From Selaginella moellendorffii (Eukaryota; Plantae; Lycopodiophyta), in NCBI RefSeq assembly GCF_000143415.4, contig NW_003314271.1:2375245-2439244 (forward strand): DNA of 64,000 nucleotides, read 5' to 3'. The notes below the pieces were generated by a model. The model made no database searches. It was not told where the DNA came from and saw nothing but the letters and a program-made list of their open reading frames with translations. A program made the position numbers and the translations under genes. Shown here in pieces: positions 12,960 to 27,032 of the stretch. Each line of letters starts with the position of its first letter. Position 1 is the first letter of the stretch.

Positions 12960-15393
12960 TTATGCGAATGGATTGCCTGACGAGGACGATGATGGTGCTG
13001 TTGTTGTTGGATGGTGCTGCTGGAACACTGGAGGAATTTGCCTGTTAGAGGTTTACACGAACACCACATCACTTTTGAGTGCCAGCTCCTGTAAAGAGAG
13101 AGCATCCTAAAAAAAATATGAAGAGTAACGCTTACATGGTAACTTGAGTGGGCTCCCAATGATAATCTGTGATGTCAACCGGTTTAATCAAGGTTAACTT
13201 CTGTTTTTTTTTGTCTCTGCAGGTTCTTACTTGGATGGTAAAAATTTGGAGGCACTTGTACATGTGTAGTTCCTAGAGGGGCATACTGAAAAAACATTTC
13301 AAGTGTAGAGTTTTTCCAAATAATTGTTCCCCTTTTACCTGACTTTGGGAGTGGTCAAAAGGATTGACACTGGTTGACACTCCAAAGTAGCCCAGACTTT
13401 GATTCTGGAGAGAAGAAACAAAAGGGAGGTCATGCAAGAAAGTCTGCGTATAAAAAAACTACCGATGGAGGTCCGAAAGTGTTCACGTGATGACCAGCTC
13501 CCTGTAACAATAAAAGAGATCGTATGTGAGAGAAATGCGTAGTCTCTTAGATCACTCACTTGTACTCCAACGTTCATGGCTGCTGGATCAAACTGCTGGA
13601 AAGTCATCAAAGCAGAATTCGATAGAAAGCCACCCGAAGAAGAAATCGATGGCGACGGCGCCGCTGGTAGAAAGCCAACTGAAGGCGGCATGGTAAAATT
13701 CGGTGAAATTCCTGGAAAGCTCGACGGGAACTGCGGGGGAGCACCCGGTAAAACTCCCTGTGAAACTTCTGATGGAATGGACTGTGGAAGATTGGCTGGT
13801 CCAGGAGCGCTAAAACTCGTGAAATTCGTGCCTGTTTGAGCTTGAACTGGTCCACTACGTGCAAAAGGATCAGCAGCCAGATCAAGACCCGCGAAACTCG
13901 TTGTCACGAAAGGATCCACCTGCATCGGCTGCGAGGAATCTCCCTCCGGAGAAGAGATGAGATCGATCAGGTCGCGGCTGCCATCGGTGTCGTGTCGAAA
14001 CTTTGCACTGGCGACACTCTCGTGGTTGCTTGCGTCGCCGGAGATGAGATCGACCAGACACGGTGTGGAGCTTGACTTGGTTGTCACTGGCGAGCTTCTA
14101 GAGTGTGGTACCTTTTGCTGCTGGTCGGTATTAAGATCGATCAGACTTCTCGACTTTGTCGCAGATCGTGGTGGCGTCTTTGGATTGTCTGGCTGGTGGG
14201 AAGTTTTCTCGTCAGTCATGAGATCTTTGAGAGAGAGCGAGTTTGAGCGCTGGACTTGTGGAGGTCGAGCTACGGGACTGGTTTGGTCCGGCGCTATGCT
14301 CCCGCTAGAGTAGTTTCTTTGCAGCTGCTGGTTCTTTCGTTTCTCCACCTGGAACGAAAAAGAACAGAGGATCAAACGGCAAAACCAAGAAGAAACTAGC
14401 GAATGTTTCTTACTGGAGGTTGTAGAAACTGGCGAATGACCGTTTCCCTCTTACTACCACTGGCTGTTTTCTGGTTTGGAGGCGACTGGGGCGAAGATTT
14501 CACGTCGTCTTCACCGTTGTCTTCCACAGTCGTACCCCCGTTTTCTCTTCTTCCGGGGATTGTTCTCACAAAGTCTCGGTTACCGTACGCGAGTCCGCCG
14601 TAGCTCGTACGAGGAGAGGGGCGAGCCTCGCGATATTCAGGAGTTTCACGCATTGGACTACGACTACGCTGCTGGAAAAGAAAAAAAAAAAAAAAACAGA
14701 GAAAGAGAATGGAAGGGAAGAAGAACTTTCGGTCATGTTTAACACTGGTTGTATAGTTATACCTTTTCTCCAGTGAAACGCCTCTGGACGTACACAAGCT
14801 TTATAAACTCGCGGATTTTATCGGGATTGCTGATGAGAAACGAAAAAAAATCATTTTGCTCTCCTAAAAACACGTCAAGGATCTAAGTACCTGCTGTCTG
14901 GGAATATGTTCCTGTCCGAGTTCCATGCCTTGAGGAAAACCTGTCGAGCTTGCTACACGAACAAGTGAAAAACGCTGTGAATCTAATTTGCTGCTACTGT
15001 AAATTTAGATACATACATCGTTTCCACCGGACTGGAGCTCGCTGATTTCCCCGGCAGTAAACTTGGCCATGGAAATAGACTTGATGCGATGCAAGAATTC
15101 TCGACTGTAAGTACGAGTGAGAAACTGGAAACGAGAAAAGATCGAAGAGAGGGAACGAATAAACATACTGAATCCCGCTGCAAAGTGTGCAAATGAAAGT
15201 GGAGAAGCTAGTGCACACATATTGCGGTCCCTGCTTAAGAGAAAAAAAGATAAATTCTCAAGAAAGAGGGGATAAGACCCAAGAATCGTTGTCATACCAG
15301 GCTACCACAGTTGACGCATCTTCGATTTCCAGGCAATTTAAGCAGCCCACGGATGATCTTCTCGTGTCTCTCGTCCTCTTTGCTGGGAGCCAT
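12960..15393 (-). CDS. AGD14: ADP-ribosylation factor GTPase-activating protein, AGD14/AGFG-like (multi-exon)
   Basis: MAPSKEDERHEKIIRGLLKLPGNRRCVNCGSL|GPQYVCTSFSTFICTLCSGI|..REFLHRIKSISMAKFT..; DPF motifs; C-terminal SGNPFA*; internal exon boundaries not all resolved. Confidence 0.85.
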
Positions 15394-15599
15394 CACACAT
15401 CCTGCTGGATCTCTAGCTAGAGAATCTAGGCTGGAATTGGATTGCCAATCCTGGACAGCATAATCTCTACCCACCTGGACGCAATGCGGGCTAAGGCTTG
15501 CTGGGAGCGCCCGACTCAGATCTGGACTGTAACAAAGAGAAAATGAGTATCCAACAGAATATACACGTGTTTAATAAAATTTTAGATTTAGATTTTTTC

Positions 15600-18530
15600 T
15601 AAACCAAACCCTTAAACACAGGAGTAGAGGAACAAAGGGGTAAAGCCAAACTCTGATGTATGTAACCCTTTCTTCCTCCTCTCACCTAAGGACTTTCTGC
15701 TTGTTATTGCTTGTTATTGGCCGCTCCCAGCTCTCCTCTTGCAGCAATTGTTGCCCATCAAGCCACCTTGCGTCGCTGATGCTCTGTGCAGCAACCCCGT
15801 TGATTTTTGGGAGACACAGCCCCATTGATTCGTTGGTCTCCCAGCTCTCCAACTGCTCTAGAACTGGTCACCGGCTCCTCCTTGTGCTAGGGCCTTTAGT
15901 GACAACTGCTGTACATGATCTGCCTAACTCGCCTACAAAGGTGGCAAGATTCTCCATGTGCCAAATGTATCTTTGCCACTCCGACTTGCAACTCCTCCAC
16001 ACAGGAGCATTGTGTCTTTACAGCCAATTGTGAGACTCCCAAAGATTCCCTCCCTACAACTCCACAAAGAATGGCTGAGTTTTGAGCTCCTCACTGAGCA
16101 CTCTAGGCAACAAGGGAACACCATTGGATTGCAGCCATTTTAAAGAGATTCTATGAAAAAGCTCTCTAAAGAAGAATAAATTAAGACTAAAAGGTGAAGC
16201 CCAATCTAAGTCTAATGATAAATGATAAATGATAAAATGATGATTTATTATAATGATAAATGTGAGTTGGGGATTTCAGAGTTGTTTTCAATAGTAGGTT
16301 CTTTTCAAGATTAGTGCCAACAGGAGATTTGATGAAAAACAGTGGCAATCAAATGAGGATATTCACATGGAGGTGAAGAATATATGTTCAATATATGTTT
16401 ATGGCTAGGTGCTACTTCTTACTGCCCACAAATTAGAAGCTAAAATGGTCTAACTTCTTACATAGCCATTAATCACATAGACACATCTTGAACCGTTTGC
16501 TCGAATATTATAGGGATATGGTGCTCCATCTTTTGGAATAGGGACTTCTTTAGATTCGCAATAAAGTAATCCTTCAACTATCAATCCTAGAGCATAGATG
16601 GTCCTAATTGAACTCTTATCTGACTTATAACCTACATAAACTTGAACAGACTTTTGCTAAACTTTTGCTCCAGCCAATCCAAACTAAGCTCATAGCCTCT
16701 AGGATGATACAATAACTAATCCTTATTCATGTTCCATCAATATGAGTAGACATAACAAATCCTACCTAGAGAATTGTACCATAAATGAACCACCTATTCA
16801 CCTCCTTGGCTGTGAACAAGGGATACAAGAGGAAATGCATGCCATGATTCTTAGTATATCTTAATTCTCATCTATAAAACCATTTCCTTTGAACACCAGT
16901 AGCTTAAACTTTCCTCAGATAGTAGTATCTTGAGGAATTTGAGCACCTTGGCAATTACAAAAGTCTTAGAGGAGCAATTGACAAGCTTGTATGGTTAGCA
17001 TGAATATAGAGTTATAAGCAAATGGAACAAATATATCCTCCTTGTGGTGTATACTTGAATATTTTCTTATCTTTATGTTGATCCGACTATAAAAAAAGTT
17101 TTGTAAGTGATTAAATTTTCCATTTTATTTAGTAATTTAATCACACTTTTAACCATTTTGAGGAGTCTCACATACAACCTTCATAAATTTTATTTTTGAC
17201 TTCAAACATGTTAACCCTGTGAATAACATTTATTCCCAACTTAGGGACATATTAGCCTTGTGGATAACATCTATGCCATTTAGCCTTTGCACTGGGGTGA
17301 AGATTTTATATTGTCTTCATTATTGTCTTCCATAGTCAAACTTCTGTTTTCTCTTCTTCCAGGGATTGTTCTCACAAAGTCTTAGTTACCAGACACAAGT
17401 CTACCATAGCTCATATAAGGAGATTCTATAATAGACACCTAAAAAATACTACTGATATATTAGCTTGTTACACTAAAATTATATTTATTTACCTTTGTCT
17501 TATTGGTAATCCAATAAATGCCCTAGTTCTGTCTCTCAAAAACTAGGCCATTCATTTATAAGTGGTCATCCCAAGACTACACTTTAACATTCTTAAGATG
17601 CTCAAAAACATATAAAACACTTTTCCCCAATATCCAACATTTTTCCCCAACATTGTTATTAAGTTAAAGTTTGAATGTTTGACCACTAAGTTCCATTGAC
17701 ATTTAAGACTTCTTTTATCACATGACCATGCCTTTCATTATTATGTAAGAGGATTGTTTCTTTTTCTTTCCATAATCTAGGATTTTATGATGACATTTTG
17801 AAACACAATGGCCTTATGTAAACCTTATAAATACTCTCCCCACCTTCTGTCAAAATAACTGATTTATACAATTGCTTCTTTTCCAATTAGCAAATGAAGT
17901 TATTCTATATAATTGCAGTTGACAAATAAAACAAAAGTGTAAATGAGCATATTTGATTAGCCCAATATATATGGTTCAGATTGAAATCAATTCAATGGTT
18001 ATTAAAATCCCACTATGTTAATATTAATATTGCATCGTAGCTGTACACTTAGACTTCACAGTCTCATAACTTAATAATAATTTGAAATAGATTTTTTAGT
18101 GATAAAGATAATATAAGCTATTAGCCTCATTTAAATATAAAACACAAATAAAAAAGGTCAAAATTACATGAAATACATGAATTTAAGTTTTTTCATATAA
18201 ATCATTTAACTATATTAAAGTGCCATATAAAATAACTATCATCAATAGACCATATGCAAGCTCACTATTATATGTTTAATAGTTAATATAAATATATATT
18301 TTTAAATTATTATTTTCACATCACTACATATTACTTTTGAATGTGGGAAATATTATTGCCATTTTTGTAAATTATATTTAATAAAATCACAATCAACACT
18401 CAATATTAAATCTTACAATCTTTTAGAGGTGCAGACCCATGAAAATTTTCAGCAACAATTGAAAATGAAAAACTTAGAAATATTAATAACCTAGACCTTT
18501 GAGCAAACAAGATTCTTGGGATTATACTCA
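15600..18530. mobile_element. AT-rich, CpG-depleted transposon debris, including an inverted LTR fragment (~17470-17850)
   Basis: 17540-17850 matches 3290-3620; stop-riddled frames; few CG dinucleotides; element class otherwise unresolved. Confidence 0.5.
17291..17423 (-). repeat. 133-bp decayed copy of ArfGAP exon sequence 14485-14617
   Basis: Ungapped alignment; differences are nearly all C>T or G>A. Confidence 0.9.
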
Positions 18531-18615
18531 AGGATCTAGGGTTTCCTGTGGTTCTTCCGAGGTATGCTCTCTTTCATCTGTCTGTGCACCAGACTAATCA
18601 GACCTTCCAGGGGAC

Positions 18616-20040
18616 ATGACATCTCCGGAGCCATTCCACGCGACCCTGAGACACGCGAGGAGCAAATGGGTGGAAATGGGTCGGCCCCAAAAATCGAGCC
18701 GGGGCAAGGCTCACTCCCGAGAATGGCAGGCAAGTGTTCTCAGAAAGAGAGAACAAACAGAAAAATGGAGAGAAAAAGAAAACCAAAGGCTGAAAACTTT
18801 GTAGGAATTCGAGAGCTTCGTCAACTCGGCGTTTGATGCCCGTGATACATTCACGGTGCACAGGCTGCTCGCCTCGGACGATCACGTCTTCGACAAATGG
18901 ATGGAGGCTCTGGAGCTCAACGCGCAAGGAAAGCTCCCGCTGGGCGATGGCAGGCTCCCCACCGGAGGAGGCCTGCCGAGCAACTCCATCTCCATGGCCA
19001 GCCTCGTGAGCATCCGCGCGCTGGAGAACGAAGAGCTCCTCTACGTCGCCGAGCAGCTCGCGAGCAAGGCCTGCCTCTTCCGGAAGTTCCCGAGCTGCGA
19101 GATGGACGTGCCTTCTCTGGATCAGCTCGGGAAGAAGCTCAAGAACAGGAGGTTGATCGCCGAGAGGCTGCTCCAGGAGTGCATCGCCAGCAACATCTTG
19201 CCAAGCTACGTTACCAGCGTTTCCGGGCTCAAGAAGAGGCTCCGGATCAGCGACGAGGAGCTGGACGAGTGGGCGACAGTGGAACCCGAGGCTTGCTCCA
19301 AGCTCGCCAAGAAGAAGAAGACGCTCAAGCTTGTGCCGCTTCCACTTGGTTGGTACTCTCGTCTCCAGGAGAAGCTCGGCGGCGATGAGATCTCGCCATA
19401 CCTGGTGCGCGAGTGCAGCAAGACGAGCGTCGAATGGATCGTCAGGCTCTTGGCCGAGAAGCGGAGCGTCAAGCTTATAATCGCGGATCTTCGCCGGTGC
19501 CAGGACGGTGATCTTCAGAGCTTGTGTGACAAGTTGCTGCTAGCGCTCGAGTCGGGGGGCTGCTCCTGCCGCGTGATCTTACTCGTCGCCATCGCCCAGC
19601 TCCCCGGGATCATGCATGGAGTGGAGAAGATCGCTCGGATCATCAGAGGTGGCGTCAAGGTTGGCAGCGTGATTGATTTCCCGGAGCAAACGCACCACCA
19701 CACCATGATCGTGAGCTTCGGCACGGGATCACTGGAGAGGGGTGGAGGAATGAGCCTGTTCTTGCGAGAGGGAGATCACCGCCTTCCAAAAGAGTGGGAA
19801 GATCACAAGTTTGCCATGGAGAGGGAGGAGGGATCCATCAGCCTTGGGCTGGCGAGCCATGTTGTGAGACAGTTCGAGGAGGATGGCGGCGCTTACATCG
19901 TCGAGTATGGCTGCGGCGGGCAGATCTTCAAGGCTTGCATGATCCACGACCAGAGGGGGATTGTCCTGGTCGAAACTTCGCAAGAGCTGGACAAGATGAA
20001 GAGATTGGTCCAAGAGCTGCGAGCTACGAAGAAAAGCTAG
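18616..20040 (+). CDS. Orphan protein (~449 aa; exons 18616-18729 and 18805-20040, predicted GC-AG intron) with a degenerate beta-class N6A/N4C DNA-methyltransferase-like C-terminus
   Basis: Open 394-aa frame with GC-rich third positions; in-frame GCAAGT...TTTGTAG intron; SVKLIIADLRR resembles SVDLIIADPPY; GGAYIVEYGCGGQIFKAC..RGIVLVE resembles GDxVLDPFxGSGTTxxAA..GRxxIGxE. Confidence 0.55.
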
Positions 20041-20809
20041 CCTTCGAAAGAGGAATTTTTTTTCTACTGAGATGGTGGAAAGCTAGTGATAAAAACATGT
20101 AAGATTCTGGATAGTCAAAATGGAAATCAATCATTGTTCTAATGTTTTTTTTCAGGTAAAGAAATTAAAATTGAATATTAACAATTTTGTCCAGTATTAG
20201 TAACAATATTAACAATTTTGTAAGATGCTCCTTGTTGATTAGCCCTGTGATCTCAACTGCTATACGTTTCAACTAGGAATTGTGATCTACATCAGAAATG
20301 AAGTTTAACCGTTACAGCCTCTAAAGCCTTTAACACAAGAAAAGGCCAAAAAACACTTATATGTGATCCCAACTCAATGCAAAGTTGTAGTGCAAGTTTA
20401 GTAAAAAAAGCTGATTTTTTCTTGAAAGAGTGTTCTATTGACAAATCTATCTATCCATATGCTCGCTATGTCCACTGTAAACCACCGCCTAGTTGGTGTT
20501 TAATAATCATAAATAGGAATAAGAAAAGCAATGGTTGTGTACGATTTTTAAACACCCATTAAAAAGAATAATAATAAAATCTGGAACCAGAGCTTTTTTA
20601 CATGTGCTGGAAAAAAGGTATAGAATATTCTCCTAGAGAAAATGGCGTCGTTGTCGGGGATTAATGGCGCAGATGTACGTGCATACGTGGCAAGAGCGAG
20701 GAAGGTGTTGAGGAAGCTACCTCCGCGGATCCTCGCAACATCCTATTTTTTTAAACACAAGAAACAAGTTTTCTAATGGTTTGCCCTAATAGCGATTCCG
20801 GCACGAGAT

Positions 20810-21230
20810 TTGACCTTCCCCCTTTGGCATCCCAAAAGTCAACAATTCACTTAACTTTTCTTTTCCCAGGACCACCAAGATGGAACTTTGATAAAACTGT
20901 GCGTTGTTACCATAGCCATAGCTTGCCTAGTCTAAGAAAAGAGAGATTTCTTGCTCTCCATATACATTCTTCTGGATGGATCATGGACGCCACATTTCCG
21001 CAAAATCCGGATTATAAGGATTTTAACGCGTACGCGGTGTTCGTATGCCAGACCCGTACAACCGCTGCCTCACCTGGACTGACTGACCTTGACCCTATAA
21101 CCTTGGAATGAGATATACTGTTCGTTATATTCCACGCGGCAGTGCCCAGACCCCGTCTGCCCGTTGACGCCGTCAAGCACGATTCCTCGCACGGACGGAA
21201 TATACCCCTTCTCTTTCGCGGTATATAAAT
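20810..21230 (+). promoter_or_regulatory. VQ gene promoter: W-boxes and TATA box
   Basis: TTGACC 20810, AGTCAA 20837, TTGACC 21089; CGCG boxes ~21026-21037; TATATAAAT 21222-21230. Confidence 0.45.
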
Positions 21231-21443
21231 GAGAGAGGCTTTTCCCCAAATCATTTCCATTCAATCGCTTCGGAGGAAAGTGTGACCCCGCGGGGTGTGG
21301 TGTACCGCTCCAATTCCATCCGAAAATCCGGCCGGATCTTCCAGCGCCGCCAGGAAAGTTCTCGCAGGTTTGGGTGGATCTCTGGCGAGTTTTTTCCTCG
21401 ATTCGATCGCTACAACACCGCGCCGCAGCAGCACAGCGCAGTG

Positions 21444-22391
21444 ATGGATCAAGGAGGCAGCGGCGGTGGCGCCACTGGCGCCAGCGCGAGGAGGAGCAGG
21501 CCCTCGGCGCTCAAGATGAGCAAGGATTCCAGGGCGATCCGCAAGCCGCCGGTGCCGCTGCCCGTGGTGCAGTACCGGCAGCCCGTGATCATCCACACGT
21601 ACTCCCCCAAAGTGATCGAGACCGACGCCACCAATTTCATGTGGCTCGTCCAGCGCCTCACCGGATCATCCGACACCCGGAGGCGATGCAAGACCTCCAA
21701 GCCGGCAGTGCTGCCCACCTTCATGCCCAGCAGCCCATCCCACTCGCCCAGATCCTTGCCCACCACTGCCAGGAATTCCTCTCCTTGGAAGCGGGAGATC
21801 GTGGAGGAGGAGCCAGTGATCAATCAGCGCCACCGGCACCACCAATTATCCGGCTCGCCCAGCAGCGAAGAAGCCGAAGATCCAGAGCTCCTCCGCTCCT
21901 CCTCCGCCGGGGACGACGATTCCTCCTCCATTTCCGACCTGCAGCAGCAATTCAAGGTGGAGCACCTCCTCCTCTCGCCGGCATCCAGCTCCGACTCGGG
22001 CAATCCCTTCCACCGCCTGGCGAATCCACTGCTCGCGTCGCCGAAAAGCCCCCTGGTCAGCTTCGATGCCGCGGGGCTCGCGTTTGGAGATCAGCACCGC
22101 CACTTCCTCCCCAATCCCTTCTCCACCTCCTCCTCGCTCGCTTCCAATGGCGAGCCATCGGTCTACGTTCCACAGATGACGATCCAGCAGCAGCAGCCAT
22201 GGTCCCCCATTTTCACTCCCAGTGGAATCTCCCACGCGGACTTCCTCCCCGAGTTCGATCTCTGGACGACGATGAGCTCCTCTTCTTCCGAGTTTCACGG
22301 CCTCTCTCCTCGCAGCAAGCTGTTTGGGCCGATGCAGTCGCCCGCTACCATGGCTTTCCGGGACATGGCCTTCGCCTTCGTCAAGGACTAG
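21444..22391 (+). CDS. VQ motif-containing protein (MKS1-like), intronless
   Basis: RPSALKMSKDSRAIRKP..RQPVIIHTYSPKVIETDATNFMWLVQRLTG (FxxxVQxLTG). Confidence 0.9.
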   Translation: MDQGGSGGGATGASARRSRPSALKMSKDSRAIRKPPVPLPVVQYRQPVIIHTYSPKVIETDATNFMWLVQRLTGSSDTRRRCKTSKPAVLPTFMPSSPSHSPRSLPTTARNSSPWKREIVEEEPVINQRHRHHQLSGSPSSEEAEDPELLRSSSAGDDDSSSISDLQQQFKVEHLLLSPASSSDSGNPFHRLANPLLASPKSPLVSFDAAGLAFGDQHRHFLPNPFSTSSSLASNGEPSVYVPQMTIQQQQPWSPIFTPSGISHADFLPEFDLWTTMSSSSSEFHGLSPRSKLFGPMQSPATMAFRDMAFAFVKD

Positions 22392-24118
22392 AAAGGAAGA
22401 CGAAAGGTTCGCTGTTGGTTTTTGGATAGCTCAATCGCTGTTCCTTCTCCGAGAGGACGATGAGGCTGGCGTACTTGTACATAAGAAATCTTCCACTTTC
22501 GCCAGGTTGGAATCGATAATTTCTCAGTCTCGTCCTGCTGATAGAGTTCATCCTCGACCGGGGTTTTTGTGTCGATCAAGCTTTGTTTCGCTCTTTCAGT
22601 CCTCGATAAAGATAGTTTTTTGTGTTCTTGGGCATTTTTTCTCTGATATGGCAACAGCGAGGCTGGATGGTTCGCCGGTTCCTTTCAGAGTTTTATCGGG
22701 CAAGGAAGATTTTGCGCTTCCGTGCGCCTCTCGTCTCGTCCCTCTCTCTCTCTCTCTCGCACAATCGTATAGCAAGAACAGACCCGGAACAGATCACCAT
22801 AAAGATTGTTGGTTGCACTGCACGCTTCATCCAAATGCGTTAAAAAACATCGCATTTAAGACGCTGACGAGATGATGTTTGCTGCGCTGCTGTCGAGAGA
22901 CGTAACCAAGATCGCTTGCAGAACCTCTGGGGCCGAGAATCTCCGATGGAGAAAGAAGTGGAGATCAGAACCACTTTCGCCCCGCCAGGAGCTCGAGTTT
23001 TCACGCACGACATGCAGGCGTTTCAATCATCCAGAGGAGATCTAAGCGGCGAATCTGGCGTTTGCTCCTCCCGGCGACTGACTTGGATCGTCGGCGGCCG
23101 CCAAGAAACGAAGCGACGAAGACGGCAGTAGCCCTTCTCCCCCTTGTGTATGTTCATGCGCTAGCGATGACTTTATAAACTTGTTGTGTGTCCGGCTCAT
23201 TCTTTCAAAGCTCTGCGGCACGCGACGTCCATATCAGAGCCAAAACGTTTCCCGTCGCTGGATCACAAGCTCCTGTGCAAGCACGAGTCAACCAACGTGC
23301 ATGCCCGACCTCTGGGAATTGTTTTTGCATTCTTCCGCTGGGTTGTGCGCTTTGCGTTCCAGATCCCTGTGTGCCAACTGAGCAGAAAGTCGTCGGTGTT
23401 TGGCGGAGAGATTCGCACCCCCATTCCTTGCAATCTCGCCCAAAAGCCAATTTTTCAAAGCTTTCCCGTTCTATCCACTTGCCACCTACTTTGGAAGGCT
23501 TTCGAAAGCTTTATATGAGAAGGAAGAGCTGAAGCACCTTTGCTTGCATGTAAGTACCACCTCATACTTTCTTTGGCCGAGAAATTCCAACTTGTCGGCT
23601 CTAAAGATAAGCGTAGATCACTGTTCCTGTTCCTTTTGCTACTGCGCTTTGTGATACTTGAATCGCAAATGGACAACGGAGATGGCCTGTTACCTGGAAG
23701 GCACACACACAGAATTAGCGATGCAACTGGAAGAAAACAAACACTTCAGGACAGCGCAAGACTTGAGGAGAGAAAAAAAAAAGACTATACCGGGTAGCAT
23801 TCTGATGAGTCGATCGATGGGACCCCTTTGGCGATGCAAGTTGTTGGAGAATACGTAAGCAGTTCCTGTGTAGTGTAACAATAAACAAACGCTTTTGACA
23901 AGGAAGGCCCAACAGCAGAAAGAAGAAACAAAGCACTTAGATGGCTATATCTTAGTGTTCCTGTGAAGCCAAGGTATGTAAGCAATGACGCAAACGGGCC
24001 TGAATACCTTGTTCCTCAGGAGAAAGACTCACACATAACATTCGCTTCGCCTCTCTCTCTCGAGCGTCTTCAGACCTGGTCCTCGTTTCCTTTTCTACTT
24101 CTCTGTTTCCATCGTCCT

Positions 24119-25343
24119 TCAGAGATCTTTTGCCGCCTTTTCCCGAGCCTCTCTTCTCCTTCTGGCAACTTCCATGAAGAATTCTGGCGGCGGTAGAGGC
24201 TTGGAATTCTGTGGAGGGTAGACGACGTAGCTTCGCTGCAAAAATCGAGAGCCAAATCGAATCTCGTTAGTAGACCGAGCTGGAAGATAGGTGGAGAAAA
24301 AGAAGGAAAAAACAAAGAAAAGAAACAGCTTAAGAGCGAGCTAGCGAGAAAAAGAAAGAACAATCGCGCAAAGACACATTCTCATAGGAAACGCTGGCAA
24401 AGAAAACTTTGATTGCTGGACGCAGAAAGAGAAGGAAAATCGCAAAGACAGTCGTCATTTCTTTTAGTTTAAACACACAAACAATCAAGACAAAGTTCTA
24501 TTTTCTTCTTCTTTCCTTGTGAAAAGAGACTATCTATTTAGAAATTAGAAACACGGCCAGAAAGAAAAAAGAATGGAAGAACAATCGGGCAAGCCGAAAG
24601 ACAAAGAAAGCATTAAGAAGGACGATGGAAGAATCGCAAAAGTGTGAGGATGTACCACACAAAGTTCCAGAAGGAATCATACCAAGTGTGTATCTAGCAA
24701 GAAAGCTGCGAGAAAGTATCACGCTTCTTCACGAGAATAAAAAAAAAGAAAAAACGATTGGGAGGAAGTACCACACAAAGTTCCAGAAGGAAACATGCCA
24801 AGTGTCTATCTAACAACAAGGCAAAACGAGTCAGAGAGAAAAGAGAAACATTGAAAGCTGCGAGAAAGTATCGCGCCGCTTAACGAGAAGATGGGAAGGA
24901 ACAAAGAAGAGAGAAGCTGGACAGAAGCTGGACGGAGAAACCATTAAGAAGGTGGAAGAATCGCAAAAGCAGCAGACAAAGTTCCAGAAGGAAACATATC
25001 TAGCATGAGAAAGCTGCGAGAAAGTATCGCACTGCTCAATGGAAACGAAAAAGAAACGAGAAGCTGGACAAAACCACAAAACCCTGAGAAGCAATGAAGA
25101 TGGAATGCAATGCATCGATTCACTCACATTGCGGATGGCCCAGTTGAGCGCGTCGGAGCCAGCCGAGAAGCCGAAGATGAGAACCACCGGGATCGTCACG
25201 TAGACGCTGAATTTGAACATCTCGAGCCAGAACTTTGGCCGGCTGCGCGAGCCGCGCACATCGGGCAGAGAAATCGGGAACTTACGCTTGTGCTGCTGCT
25301 CCGCCGCCGCGGCCGGGACCTTCTCCTGCTGCGTCGACGCCAT
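24119..25343 (-). CDS. PET100: PET100 cytochrome c oxidase assembly factor (exons 25343-25128 and 24235-24119)
   Basis: LEMFKFSVYVTIPVVLIFGF...RN|RSYVVYPPQ..PPPE matches plant PET100; phase-0 GT-AG intron of 892 nt. Confidence 0.8.
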
Positions 25344-27032
<1,689 letters not shown>

